Assembly (NCBI GenBank): GCA_034667725.1
Contig: JAXDQS010000002.1
Location: forward strand, 81,741-145,740
Length of the DNA stretch: 64,000 bases
Reading direction: 5' to 3'
Source: Thermoplasmata archaeon
GTDB lineage: Archaea > Thermoplasmatota > E2 > JACPAO01 > JAHFTW01
Positions 28,370 to 37,864 of this stretch are shown here, piece after piece. The notes below the pieces were generated by a model. That model saw nothing but the letters and a program-made list of their open reading frames with translations. It had not been told where the DNA came from and searched no databases. The position numbers and the translations under genes are program-made. How positions within the stretch are numbered: the first letter of the stretch is position 1; every line of letters starts with the position of its first letter.

Positions 28370-28479
28370 GACGGCAGTGATGGCCCCCCGAGCGCAGCGA
28401 GCGGGGGCCCTAGCGCGGGCGACCCGCGGGGCGCAGCCCCCGGGATGGCGTCCGGGAACTGATGCGGCCGCTGATGTGA
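28334..28479. mobile_element. 74-bp palindromic insert flanked by a diverged 36-bp duplicate of the gene's 3' end
   Basis: 28334-28369 encodes DGVRELMRPLI*, 28444-28479 encodes DGVRELMRPLM*; insert has GGCCCCC..GGGGGCC and GGGGCGCAGCCCC hairpins. Confidence 0.65.
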
Positions 28480-28541
28480 CCAAAAACCGGCGCGTGCCGG
28501 TGGCCTTGCCGTTCAAATCCAGGCCGGCCGTTGGCGTCCCG

Positions 28542-29255
28542 ATGAAGGTCCTCGCCTTGCTCTTAGTCCTGGCCGTCCCGCTGGCGGCGGCCACGGACAC
28601 TGCCGTCCTGACGTTCGAGTCGGTCCCGGTCGCGAAGCTGGTGGTGGACGACGCCCGGTCGGAGGCGGAGTCGACGTTCCTGCGCCGCAGCGCCGACGCC
28701 CTTGGCGACCGCGACGGCATGGTGTCCCAGGAGGAGGCGGACCAGGCGGCCACGATCGCGCGCCCGACGGTGGAGCGCGAGATGGACAAGCAGGTGCGCG
28801 GCGGCAACCTCACGCTCGACGGCCAGCTGCCGGCCACGGCGGCGCTCAAGGTCTTCACGCTCTCCAACATGACGGGGCCGGTCGAGCGGCCGGACCCCGT
28901 GGTGGCGCACGCGGAGGTCAGCATCCTGTTCGGCGTCAACGCCGGCGCCAACCATACGCTGTTCAGCCGGGTCCGCCCGGCCACCGGCCAGTACAACACG
29001 ACCATCTGGCTGCCGCCGGGCTACGAAACGGTGGACGGGGCCCGGTCGCTCCAGTTCAACGTCACCGGGGAGAGCGAGGGCGCGACCATTCCGTTCCGGC
29101 TCCCGCCCGTCGTCAGCCACGACGACGAGGGCCACGCGGCGCCCGCCGGCGGGCTCGGCCTCGGGTTGTGGGCGGTGGCCTTGGCGCTCGCGGGCCGCCG
29201 CCTCACCGCACCGGCGCCAGCATCGGCGGCGGCAACTCGACGCCGTGACGGCTGA
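28542..29255 (+). CDS. Secreted protein with EF-hand-like loop and C-terminal sorting-type TM
   Basis: Signal peptide; DRDGMVSQEE; APAGGLGLGLWAVALALAGRR. Confidence 0.75.
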   Translation: MKVLALLLVLAVPLAAATDTAVLTFESVPVAKLVVDDARSEAESTFLRRSADALGDRDGMVSQEEADQAATIARPTVEREMDKQVRGGNLTLDGQLPATAALKVFTLSNMTGPVERPDPVVAHAEVSILFGVNAGANHTLFSRVRPATGQYNTTIWLPPGYETVDGARSLQFNVTGESEGATIPFRLPPVVSHDDEGHAAPAGGLGLGLWAVALALAGRRLTAPAPASAAATRRRDG

Positions 29256-30645
29256 ACCGGTCGAGCACGGCCGCGCGCAGGTCGGACGCGACGTCGCCGC
29301 GGTCGGCGATGTCGGCGATCCAGACGGTGAGCACGACGTCCAGGGTGGGGCCGACGCGGGCGAACGCCACGTGGGGCTCCATCTCGCCGCCGTGCAGCAC
29401 CTTCGGGTGGGCGTTGGCTGCCTCCAGCATGGCGTCGCGGCTCTTGGCGAAGCCGGAGGCGCTGGTGACGCTGGCCTCGACCTTGACCTTGCAGCGCCGG
29501 TCGGGCTTGACAAGGTTGACGACGCGGCGGCTGGCGAGCTGGTTGTTCGGGACGATGATCATCTCATGGTTGCCCGGGTGGTAGAGGCGGGTGCTGCGGA
29601 GGCCGATGCGGCGCACGACGCAGGCCTCGCCCGACTCCAGGACGATGTCGTCGCCCTCGCGGAACGGCTGGTCGACCAGGAGGAAGATGCCGCCGAAGAA
29701 GTTGGACAGCGTGTCCTGGGCGGCGAACGCGATGACGGTGGTCACGAGAACGCCGCCGGCCGCGAAGTAGGTGAGGTCGATGCCGAAGGTGGAGATGGCG
29801 TAGAACAGGCCGCCGAGGACGATGAAGACGCCGCCGATCTTCTCCAGCACGGGCAAGAGGCGTTGGTCCACGCCGCGGCCGGTGCGCCCGGCGACCCGGC
29901 GGCCGTAGATCAAGAGGACTTCGTGCCACAGCCGGTACAGGATGTACACGACGCACGCCGCCACGAAGACGACGTAGAGCCGGTCGAGCAGGGCGAACAG
30001 CCAGTCGGGCAGGTCGAAGGCGCCGAGGCTCTGCTTGACACCGAAGGCGAACAGGATGGCAAACAGCGGGCCGCCGAGGATCGCCACGACGGCGTCGTCA
30101 GCGGTGGTGCGGGTGCGGCGGGTCGCGACGCGCAACAGCGGGCCGACGAGCACTCGCACGACGTAGGCGATGGCGAGCCACGCCACGACGTCGAGCAGGA
30201 ACACGCCGGCGACCCCGTCGAACGGCGCCGGCAGCGGGTTCTTCCAGGTGTCCAGCACCAAGGTGTGCCCGGTCGCCGCCACGGTCGCGGTCGCGCGCAG
30301 GGTAATGGCCTGCCCGTCGGTCACGGCCAGCACCTGCAGCGTCACCTCGACGCGCCGCGGCGTCGGATGCTCGGCCGCTTGCAGGCGCACCAGGAACGTG
30401 GTCGACTCGCCGCCCGCCAGCCGCGCCTCCGGCGGCGTCACGGTGGCGGTCCAGTCGCTGCCGGCCGGCAGCTCGACGGTGGCCAACGCCAGCGTGTCGT
30501 TGCGGCCGGGCTCCGTGCTGAAGGTCCATGCCAGCGTGGTCTCGCTGCCTGGCGCCGCCTCGGCGTCGGCCGGCGCGCGCAGCTCAAGGGCCGCGGCCGG
30601 GGCGGCCATGGCCAGCAGCACGGCAAGCAGCAGCAGGGTGCGCAC
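29203..30645 (-). CDS. mscS: MscS family mechanosensitive channel with N-terminal extracellular Ig-like domain
   Basis: FAAQDTLSNFFGG, DQPFREGD, IGLRST, VPNNQL. Confidence 0.92.
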   Translation of the reverse strand: MRTLLLLAVLLAMAAPAAALELRAPADAEAAPGSETTLAWTFSTEPGRNDTLALATVELPAGSDWTATVTPPEARLAGGESTTFLVRLQAAEHPTPRRVEVTLQVLAVTDGQAITLRATATVAATGHTLVLDTWKNPLPAPFDGVAGVFLLDVVAWLAIAYVVRVLVGPLLRVATRRTRTTADDAVVAILGGPLFAILFAFGVKQSLGAFDLPDWLFALLDRLYVVFVAACVVYILYRLWHEVLLIYGRRVAGRTGRGVDQRLLPVLEKIGGVFIVLGGLFYAISTFGIDLTYFAAGGVLVTTVIAFAAQDTLSNFFGGIFLLVDQPFREGDDIVLESGEACVVRRIGLRSTRLYHPGNHEMIIVPNNQLASRRVVNLVKPDRRCKVKVEASVTSASGFAKSRDAMLEAANAHPKVLHGGEMEPHVAFARVGPTLDVVLTVWIADIADRGDVASDLRAAVLDRFSRHGVELPPPMLAPVR

Positions 30646-30668
30646 GGCGGAGCCAAGGCGCAGGCGGC

Positions 30669-31325
30669 TTAGGCCTTCTGCACGGGTTCACACCGGCCGT
30701 CCACGAGGCGCCAGGCGCGGTCGGCCAGCCGCGCCGCCTCATCCTCGTCGTGCGTGACCCAGAGGGCCGCGACCTTGCGCTCCGCCAAGATGCGCTTGAC
30801 CTCGTCGCCGAGCGCCTGCCGCAGCGGCCGGTCGAGGCTCGCCAGCGGCTCGTCCAGCAGCAGCGCGCGCGGCCGGGCGGCCAGCGCACGGGCGAGGGCG
30901 ACGCGCGACCGCTGGCCGCCCGACAGCTCGTCGACGCGGGCGCCGGCCTTGTCCGCGAGGCCGACGGTGTCCAGGAGGCGGCGGACCTCGGCGGCGCGGT
31001 CACGGCGCGGCACGCCGGCGTACGGCATCGGGAAGCCGACGTTGCCCGCGACCGTGAGGTGCGGGAACAGCGCAGGTTCCTGGAACATCAGGCCGATGCG
31101 GCGCCGGTGGGCGGGCAGGGCGGTGACGTCGGCGCCGTCGAGCAGGACCTGGCCGGCGTCGGGGTGCTCCAGGCCGGCGAGCAGGCGCAAGAGGGTGGAC
31201 TTGCCAGAGCCGCTGGGGCCCAGGAGGAAGCCGGACTCGCCGGCGGGGACCTCCAGGCTTGCGCTGTCGAGGGTCGGCGGCCAGCCGGGATAGGTGAAGC
31301 GCAGCCCCACGGCGCGCAGGCTCAT
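30669..31325 (-). CDS. thiQ: Thiamine ABC transporter ATPase
   Basis: GPSGSGKS, LSGGQ, LLLDEP; in operon with ThiB/ThiP-like genes. Confidence 0.85.
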   Translation of the reverse strand: MSLRAVGLRFTYPGWPPTLDSASLEVPAGESGFLLGPSGSGKSTLLRLLAGLEHPDAGQVLLDGADVTALPAHRRRIGLMFQEPALFPHLTVAGNVGFPMPYAGVPRRDRAAEVRRLLDTVGLADKAGARVDELSGGQRSRVALARALAARPRALLLDEPLASLDRPLRQALGDEVKRILAERKVAALWVTHDEDEAARLADRAWRLVDGRCEPVQKA

Positions 31326-32869
31326 GCGTTCGGCCTCCGCGGCAGGGCGGCGCGCTCGACGGCAACGAGGGCCAAGGCGGCGAGGACGGCGAGCAGGCCG
31401 GCGAGCGCGACGGCGCGGGCGTGCAGCAGCGGGTCGAACGGGCCGTCGAGGCGGGCGATCCACAGGCCGAGGCCGGCGGTGTCGGTGGTGGCCAGCATGA
31501 CGCTGGCGCCGAAGTCGCCCAGGCTCAGGGTCATGCTGAAGCCCGCGGCGGCCGCGAGCGGGCGGGCCAGCAACGGCAGATGCAGGCGGGCCGCTATGGA
31601 GCGCGGCGGGGCGCCGAGGGTGGCGGCGGCCTGCTCCAGCCGGAGGTCGCGCGCGTCCCAGGCGGGCAGCAGCGCGCGCGCCACGAACGGGAACACGACG
31701 ACGGTGTGCGCGAGCAGCAGGATCCAAAGGGTCCCGGTGATGGGCAGCGGACTGGAGCGGCCGAAGGCGAGCAGGAAGCCGAGGCCGACGAGGATCGGAC
31801 TGGCCGCCATCGGCAGGCTGGCGGTGGCCTCCGCGGCGCGGCGCAGCCAGGTCGGCAAGCTGCGGGCGCCGTAGGCGATGCACGCGCACAGCAGCAGGGC
31901 AAGGGCGGTGCTGCCGACGGCGTAGAGCAGGCTCACGCCGACGGCGTTGCCGAGGTCGAACCCGCCGGGGCTTTCGAGGAGGGCTTGCCAGGGAGCGAGG
32001 CTCCACGCGCCGCGCAGCCGGAAGCCGCCCACCAGGACGGCGGCGAGGGGGGCCAGCAGCAGCAGGGTCGCGCCCCAGGTCAAGGCCGTGGCGACGAATG
32101 CGCGCGGGCGGGGCCGGGCGGGCTCGGCGGGCAGCGGCCGGCGGCGCAGCAGCAGGGCGCCCAGCAGCAGCACGGCGTTGCAGGCCAGTTGCAGCAGGCC
32201 GAGCGCGGCGGCACGGGCCGGGTCCGGGTCGAGTCCTACCTGGGCCGACAGCACGGTCTCCAGCGTGCGCACCTTGTCGGCGCCCAACAGCAGCACCGTG
32301 CCGTAGCTGCTGAAGGTGAACAGGAACACCAGCAGCGCGATGGCGGCGACGCCGGGGGCCAAGAGCGGCAGCGCGACGCGGCGGCGGGCCTGGGCGGGGC
32401 TGGCGCCGAGGACCTGGGCGGCTTCTTCGAGGCGGCGCGGGCGGGCGTCGAGCTGGGCCGCGAGCATCCGCGCCGTGAAGCCGGCGTTGTAGTAGGCGTG
32501 CGCGACCACGACGGCGCCGAGCGCCCCGCCCGCCGCGAGCAGCTGCGGGACGGTGAGCTGGAGGCCGAACACCACCACGAACACCGGCATCACGAACGGG
32601 GCGGCCAGCAGGGCGAGCTGGAGCCGCGGCGCCCGGATGGCGTGGCGGTGGTGCAGCCAGGCAAGCGGGACGGCGACGGCGAACGCGAGCAGCGTGCTCA
32701 GGATGGCCTGCCAGGCCGCGACCCGCAGCGTGGCCTGGACGTAGGGGCCGGCCAGCCAGTCGAGGGCGTCGGGGGCGAGCCCGTGCCCGAGCAGGCCGGC
32801 CAACGGCCAGACCGCAAGGACGGCGAGCGCGAGGGCCGGGACCGCGAGCAGCAGCCGAGTCCGCCGCAT
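31322..32869 (-). CDS. thiP: Thiamine ABC transporter permease
   Basis: Duplicated EAA loops (LEEAAQVLGA, LEQAAATLGA). Confidence 0.85.
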   Translation of the reverse strand: MRRTRLLLAVPALALAVLAVWPLAGLLGHGLAPDALDWLAGPYVQATLRVAAWQAILSTLLAFAVAVPLAWLHHRHAIRAPRLQLALLAAPFVMPVFVVVFGLQLTVPQLLAAGGALGAVVVAHAYYNAGFTARMLAAQLDARPRRLEEAAQVLGASPAQARRRVALPLLAPGVAAIALLVFLFTFSSYGTVLLLGADKVRTLETVLSAQVGLDPDPARAAALGLLQLACNAVLLLGALLLRRRPLPAEPARPRPRAFVATALTWGATLLLLAPLAAVLVGGFRLRGAWSLAPWQALLESPGGFDLGNAVGVSLLYAVGSTALALLLCACIAYGARSLPTWLRRAAEATASLPMAASPILVGLGFLLAFGRSSPLPITGTLWILLLAHTVVVFPFVARALLPAWDARDLRLEQAAATLGAPPRSIAARLHLPLLARPLAAAAGFSMTLSLGDFGASVMLATTDTAGLGLWIARLDGPFDPLLHARAVALAGLLAVLAALALVAVERAALPRRPNA

Positions 32870-32873
32870 CCGG

Positions 32874-34073
32874 CTACAGCCTGCAGTTGAGGGCGGTGTC
32901 CTCGTAGAGGGCGGTCCACTCCTTCAGCCAGCGCTCCAGGTTGGCGTCGATGGTGGCGCGCTGGATGCGGGCGGGGCGGAAGCTGCCGGGGCTGGGGTCC
33001 ACGCCCTTGTAGGTGGACGCGACCTCGATGCCCTCGACCACGGGATAGACGGCGTCGTGCGGGGCGGCCAGCTCCTGGAAGAAGTCGGTGAGCGTGAACT
33101 CGATCCACGCCTGCGCCGCCGGGCGGTTGTCGGTGCCCTTGACGATGGCCATGGTCTGGATCTGGTGCCAGGTGGCGTTGTCCTCGAGGACGACGGTGGC
33201 GAGGTCGTCGCGCTCGCGGCCGTAGAAGTGCTCGTAGGCGGGCGACTCGGTGTACGAGGTCACGATGGGGTAGTCGCCGGCGCCGCCGTTGGAGGGGCCG
33301 TAGCCGCCGCTGAAGTGCTGCTCGTAGGCCGAGGTCCAGTCGGGGGTCACGAGGACGCAGCCGGCGACGTCGCCGTCCTGGTCGCGGTCGGTGTCGCGGC
33401 CGGTGAACAGGTCGCGCCAGTAGGACTTCCAGGAGTAGGCGCCGGGGCTGCCGGGCTGCTCCTCGCCGTACTTGGCGACGGTGACGAGCAGGAACGCCAG
33501 GCCGGGGCTCGACGTGCGCGGGTCCTGGGTCACGAACTTCTCGGCGTGGGCGCGCACCTCGGCCAGCGTGTTGACGCCGGGCGCCCCGGCCTCGTCCACG
33601 TTGATGGCGACGTAGCCGTGGTCGACGGGGGTGGCGTAGCCGGTGGTGTCGAAGCGGTAGGCGGGCGCGACCCGGTTGGCCATCTGGGCCGTGTAGCGCT
33701 CCAGCACGCCCAGGCGGATGGCGCGGCCCAGCAGCGCGTTGTCGATGCCATAGATGACGTCGTACTGCCCTGGGGACGCGGTGGTGAGCTTGTTGAGGGC
33801 GCGGCCGGCGTCCTCGCCTTCCTCGCGCTTGACCTCGACGCCGGTCAGCAGCTCGAACTGGCGGGCGGCCGCGGTGAAGGCATCGTCCGCGAACGCGCCG
33901 TTGTCCAGGATGGTGATGGTGCCGTTCAGCCGGGGCCAGCCGTCGGCGTCGCGGCCGGTGCCGTCCTTGCGGAAGCGCTCGAAGTCGGCAAGCGAGCCGG
34001 GCTCGGGCGTGGGCGTGTTGCAGCCGGCCAAGGTGGTCAGCAGGAGCAGGGCGGTCAGGGCGAGGGCTTTCAT
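32874..34073 (-). CDS. thiB: Thiamine ABC transporter substrate-binding lipoprotein
   Basis: LAGC lipobox; GIDN, QDPRTSSPGLAFL, WTSAY, VTSYTESPAY. Confidence 0.88.
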   Translation of the reverse strand: MKALALTALLLLTTLAGCNTPTPEPGSLADFERFRKDGTGRDADGWPRLNGTITILDNGAFADDAFTAAARQFELLTGVEVKREEGEDAGRALNKLTTASPGQYDVIYGIDNALLGRAIRLGVLERYTAQMANRVAPAYRFDTTGYATPVDHGYVAINVDEAGAPGVNTLAEVRAHAEKFVTQDPRTSSPGLAFLLVTVAKYGEEQPGSPGAYSWKSYWRDLFTGRDTDRDQDGDVAGCVLVTPDWTSAYEQHFSGGYGPSNGGAGDYPIVTSYTESPAYEHFYGRERDDLATVVLEDNATWHQIQTMAIVKGTDNRPAAQAWIEFTLTDFFQELAAPHDAVYPVVEGIEVASTYKGVDPSPGSFRPARIQRATIDANLERWLKEWTALYEDTALNCRL

Positions 34074-34879
34074 GGGTTCACCAAACGTTCGTGCAGCTTG
34101 AGGATGGCGCCCGCCGCCGCACGGGCGTCGCGGGCCGGGATGTAGAGGCAGGGCTCGATGCCGACGGCACCCGGGTCGTGCAGCGCCTGCGCCAGCGGCG
34201 CGCGGCAGGCCCGCCGGAAGGCGGCCTCCGCGTCGCCGTCGCGGTCGGCGGTGTCGCGCTCCAGCGCGGCCACCGCCCAGCCCAGCCGCCGCGCGGCGGA
34301 CGCGACGTCCGCGCCGCCGCGGACGCTGGCGAGCGCGTGCAGGCCTGCGCCGCCCTCCTGCGCCCGGAGGGCGAGGAGGCAGCGGGCGAGGTGGCCGGAG
34401 GCGCCGAAGGCGGGCGGCGCGGGGCTGACGACCCGCCCGCCGGCCTCGACCAGGCGGCCGGGGAAGCTTGCGACCGCGGCCGGGCCGTCGGCGTCGGGGC
34501 GGGCGCGGGCGACGTTGAGGCCGATCTGGGGCATGAGCCGCAGCGGCGGGTCGGCCAGCAGCAGGCGCTCGGCGGCCAGCAGGTCCTGGAGGGCGTCGGC
34601 GCCGGCGCCGGGACGGACGAGCGCGATGGTGTCGCAGGAGGTGGCGGCGCCGGATCCGGGCTGCTTCAGCTCGGCCACCAGCTCGTCGGCGAGGCGGCGG
34701 ACCAGCGGGTCGTCGGCCGGCGCGGGGGCGGCCAGGTGCCGGGAGACCATGGCTTGGCTCAAGCCCAAGGCCTGGGCGATGCGGGCCTGGCTCCAGCCGG
34801 CGGCCGCGAGGTGGTGGGCTGCCGCTGCCCGCACGCGCGGGAACACCGCGTCGGCGAGGTGGAAGCAGGCGGGCAGCAC
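34070..34879 (-). CDS. thiR: ThiR-type regulator (HTH + ThiN-like domain)
   Basis: WSQARIAQALGLSQAMVSRHL; LMPQIGLNVA, FPGRL, FGASGHLA, DPGAVGIEP. Confidence 0.8.
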   Translation of the reverse strand: MLPACFHLADAVFPRVRAAAAHHLAAAGWSQARIAQALGLSQAMVSRHLAAPAPADDPLVRRLADELVAELKQPGSGAATSCDTIALVRPGAGADALQDLLAAERLLLADPPLRLMPQIGLNVARARPDADGPAAVASFPGRLVEAGGRVVSPAPPAFGASGHLARCLLALRAQEGGAGLHALASVRGGADVASAARRLGWAVAALERDTADRDGDAEAAFRRACRAPLAQALHDPGAVGIEPCLYIPARDARAAAGAILKLHERLVNP

Positions 34880-34900
34880 GCGGGCGGCGAGCGGGTCGCC

Positions 34901-34941
34901 CTATAATTGCCGAATGGCGGGGAATGAGTCGGTAATAACCG
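34901..34941 (-). promoter_or_regulatory. TATA box (AATTATAG) and near-palindrome CGGTAATAACCG, candidate ThiR operator
   Basis: TATA ~25-30 nt upstream of the thiR start; palindrome at 34930-34941. Confidence 0.45.
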
Positions 34942-34944
34942 GGC

Positions 34945-35808
34945 TCAGGCGGCCACGGCGGCCGGCTGGGGCGCGGTGGGGGCGACCAGGCCCTTCATGC
35001 TGTCCACGGCGCGGCGGCCAAGGGGGGTCGCGATGTAGGCGCCGCCGTCGATGGGCAGCTCCTCGACCAGGCCGAACTCCACCAGCTTCCGCAGGTGCCA
35101 GCGGGCGGTGCCGACGTGCAGGCCAAGCTCGTGGGCCAGCTTCGAGGCGGATTGGCCGGACTGGAGCGCGATGCGCTCGAACAGCTGGCGGGCGTTGTCG
35201 TTCTGGAGGGCCGCGGTGGCGCGGCTGACCTTCTTGACCTCGATGCCGCCCTCGGTCGGGTAGAACACGCGGTAGCCGTTGGCACGCTCGGAATGCACCA
35301 GCTCGGCGGACTCCAGCTTGCGGATGTGCCACAGGATGCTGGAGGTCTTCATCGCGAACTCCTCGCTGAGCTTCTTGAGGTGGACGCCCGGGTTGCCCTT
35401 GATGAAGCCGTAGAGCATCGCGCGCTGCGGGTTCTTGAGCGCCTCCTTGGGGCTGATGTAGCGGGTAACAAGGCCGAAGGCGGTGACGCCCAGGCCGGCG
35501 ACGGAAAGGGTGACGAGGCTCGCCATGGCGGAGTCGTCGCGGAACGCGGCGCGCACCTGGTCGGCCCAGCCGCCGTCGTCGCCCTTGCCGGGGTCCGTCA
35601 CGGGCGGGGCCTCCTCCTCGGGCTCCTGGGGGAACAGCAGCGGGTTTGCCGCCTGGCCGGGGTCCTGGACCGCGGCGTTGGGGTCGTTGGCGACCGTGAC
35701 GACGACCGTGTGCGCGCCATCCACGATCTGGTCCGGCGACGTGCCGCCCGCGGACACCGCGGCAGCCACCGCAAGGAGGGACGCGAGGAGTGCGACCAAG
35801 ACGCGCAT
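34945..35808 (-). CDS. Membrane-tethered double winged-helix regulator (COG3398-like)
   Basis: Signal peptide, acidic/Pro linker, TM, then two wHTH domains (FIKGNPGVHL...LWHIRKL). Confidence 0.85.
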   Translation of the reverse strand: MRVLVALLASLLAVAAAVSAGGTSPDQIVDGAHTVVVTVANDPNAAVQDPGQAANPLLFPQEPEEEAPPVTDPGKGDDGGWADQVRAAFRDDSAMASLVTLSVAGLGVTAFGLVTRYISPKEALKNPQRAMLYGFIKGNPGVHLKKLSEEFAMKTSSILWHIRKLESAELVHSERANGYRVFYPTEGGIEVKKVSRATAALQNDNARQLFERIALQSGQSASKLAHELGLHVGTARWHLRKLVEFGLVEELPIDGGAYIATPLGRRAVDSMKGLVAPTAPQPAAVAA

Positions 35809-35837
35809 ACGGTGCCAAAGTCCCCGGGTGGCGTTAT

Positions 35838-36533
35838 CTACGTTGTGGAGGGGGCCTCGCGGTCCGGTGGGCCCAGCCCGGTGGCCGTGATGCGGAACTT
35901 CTCGGAGCGGCCGTCCTCGATGCTGCGGTGCTTGATGACGGTGGCCCGGCGGGTGCCGTCGGGGCGCTTCTCGAACCGCACCAAGGCCTTGACCAAGTGC
36001 TCCATGACGCGGCGGGCGAACGGCTGGGTCGCGTCCTCGCCGCCGTAGACCTGGCCGGTGACCAGGACGGGGACGTGCTGCTGGCGGGCGAAGCCGCTGA
36101 GGTGGTGCAGCTGCTTGTAGAGGCTGCGGGCGGCGTCCTTCTCCGCGTCCCCGCCGGCGTCGATGTGGAGGCGGTAGTGCATGTTGATGGAGTCCACCAC
36201 GATCAAGCCCAGATCCGGGACCCGGATGGCGTTGGTCACCAGCCGCTCCTGCTCGTCGATGGTGTACGGCGTGAAGAACAGGATGCGGCCCAAGAGCTCC
36301 TCCAGCTCGGCGCCCTCGTGAGGGGCGAACACCTGGCGCAGGCGGACCATGCTGACGCCCTCGGTGTCCACATAGGCGATGCGCTTGCCCTGCAAGGCGG
36401 CCTCGCGCGCGCACTGGAGCGCCAGGTTGGTCTTGCCGGATCCGCCCTCCCCGAAGACCAAGGTGATGGCGTCGCGCTCCAGGCCGCCGTCGAGGAGGTG
36501 GTCCAGGGGCGAGGCGGTCGCCAGGTACTCCAC
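35838..36533 (-). CDS. radB: DNA repair and recombination protein RadB
   Basis: GEGGSGKTN, YVDTEG, VVDS, C-terminal KHR motif. Confidence 0.95.
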   Translation of the reverse strand: MEYLATASPLDHLLDGGLERDAITLVFGEGGSGKTNLALQCAREAALQGKRIAYVDTEGVSMVRLRQVFAPHEGAELEELLGRILFFTPYTIDEQERLVTNAIRVPDLGLIVVDSINMHYRLHIDAGGDAEKDAARSLYKQLHHLSGFARQQHVPVLVTGQVYGGEDATQPFARRVMEHLVKALVRFEKRPDGTRRATVIKHRSIEDGRSEKFRITATGLGPPDREAPSTT

Positions 36534-36628
36534 GCGGCGCGCAAGGCGGGCGGCGGGCTAAAGCCGATGGGACGGGCGTTCTCCTGCCCTACAATCCACC
36601 GAACGCACTCCACCCACCGAAAACGAAG

Positions 36629-37864
36629 TCAGAGCCGCAGGGCCTCAAGCTCGGCCGGATGCACGTGCCGCGCCTTGGTCGCGATGAAGCCCCGCTTGGC
36701 GTCGGGGTCGGCCTCGGCGGCGACCACGATCGCCGCGTCGGCCTCCAGCGCCCGGGCGGCGGCCAGCACCTGCGCGGCCACGGCGGCGTCCAGCCGGGCG
36801 GGGGCGTAGCCCAGCACCCGCTGGGGGTAGGCGCCGGCCCGCTCGCCGGCCAAGTCCACTTGGAAATACCCCGTCGGGGGCTGCACCAGGACGTCGTAGC
36901 CGCACCGCTCCAGCGCCGCCTTGAGGGCGGCCAGCTCGGGGCGGGCGAGGATCGGCTTCGGGGCTTCGACGGCCACGGCCGGGGTCGGGGCCGCCTCCAG
37001 GGGCGGCAGGCCGAGCTCGGCGCGCTCGGCAGGGTTGCACACCGGTGGCAGCGCGTCGAGGTGCGCCAGCATCGCCTCGCGGTCGTCGCCCAGCGCCAGG
37101 TCGCGCAGCCGCCGCAGCGGCGCGGTGGCGATGCGCTGGGGAGGGCCGTCGGGGATGGAGGTTGGCGGGGCGCGCGACCGGGTTGGTGGAGGGGAAGCCA
37201 AGGGGTCCGGGACCGGCCGCAGGGCGTGCTCCTTGGCCACGATCTCGGCGGCAAGGCGGCGGCGCTCCTCCTGCTCGCGGTGGCGGGCGGCGAGGTCCTG
37301 GAAGAACAGGTCGGCGTCGATGCGCACCTCGTCCTTGTCGGCGATGACGTAGACGGCGCGCACGTCGCTGTAGGGCTTGCTGCCGGACTGGGGGGCGATC
37401 GCGGCCGTCGGGCCCAGCAGGTCGGCCTCCTCCAGCTGCTGGACGCTGGCGCAGGGGACGCGGACGGCCATGCGCACGAGCTTGCGGGGGTCCTCGGCGG
37501 CCTTCCAGAGGCGGTGCTCGCCCGGCTTCAATTCGGCGCGCAGGCGGGCGCACTGGATTCGGTCGAACTGGACGCGGGCGGCCATGAGGTCCTGCAGCGG
37601 CGTGACCGGGACCATGTGCGTGGAGCGGTGGCCCACGAGCAGCAGGTTGGAGGTGCCGGCGACGTCGGCGGGCGCCAGGACTTGGACGGCCTCCTCGAGG
37701 TCGTTGACGATGTCGGGCTCGTCGCGGGGGACGCGGACGACGAGGATGCGGTGGCCGTCCTGCTCCCACAGGTGCGAGCCGTAGCGGGGCTCCAGCTGGT
37801 CCTTGAGGCGGGCCAGCTCGACGCCGGGCAACGGGAGCGGCTGGGTCCGGCGGGTGGTCGGCAT
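36629..37864 (-). CDS. Hypothetical protein with C-terminal restriction-endonuclease-like domain
   Basis: Host-like codons; ALERCGYDV...VDLAGER pattern at the C-terminus. Confidence 0.7.
   Translation of the reverse strand: MPTTRRTQPLPLPGVELARLKDQLEPRYGSHLWEQDGHRILVVRVPRDEPDIVNDLEEAVQVLAPADVAGTSNLLLVGHRSTHMVPVTPLQDLMAARVQFDRIQCARLRAELKPGEHRLWKAAEDPRKLVRMAVRVPCASVQQLEEADLLGPTAAIAPQSGSKPYSDVRAVYVIADKDEVRIDADLFFQDLAARHREQEERRRLAAEIVAKEHALRPVPDPLASPPPTRSRAPPTSIPDGPPQRIATAPLRRLRDLALGDDREAMLAHLDALPPVCNPAERAELGLPPLEAAPTPAVAVEAPKPILARPELAALKAALERCGYDVLVQPPTGYFQVDLAGERAGAYPQRVLGYAPARLDAAVAAQVLAAARALEADAAIVVAAEADPDAKRGFIATKARHVHPAELEALRL

Noticed and set aside
34880-34944. TPP riboswitch upstream of the thiamine ABC operon
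   Set aside because: The gap is 65 bp and lacks the CTGAGA and CCTGAT cores; a ThiR-type regulator explains control.
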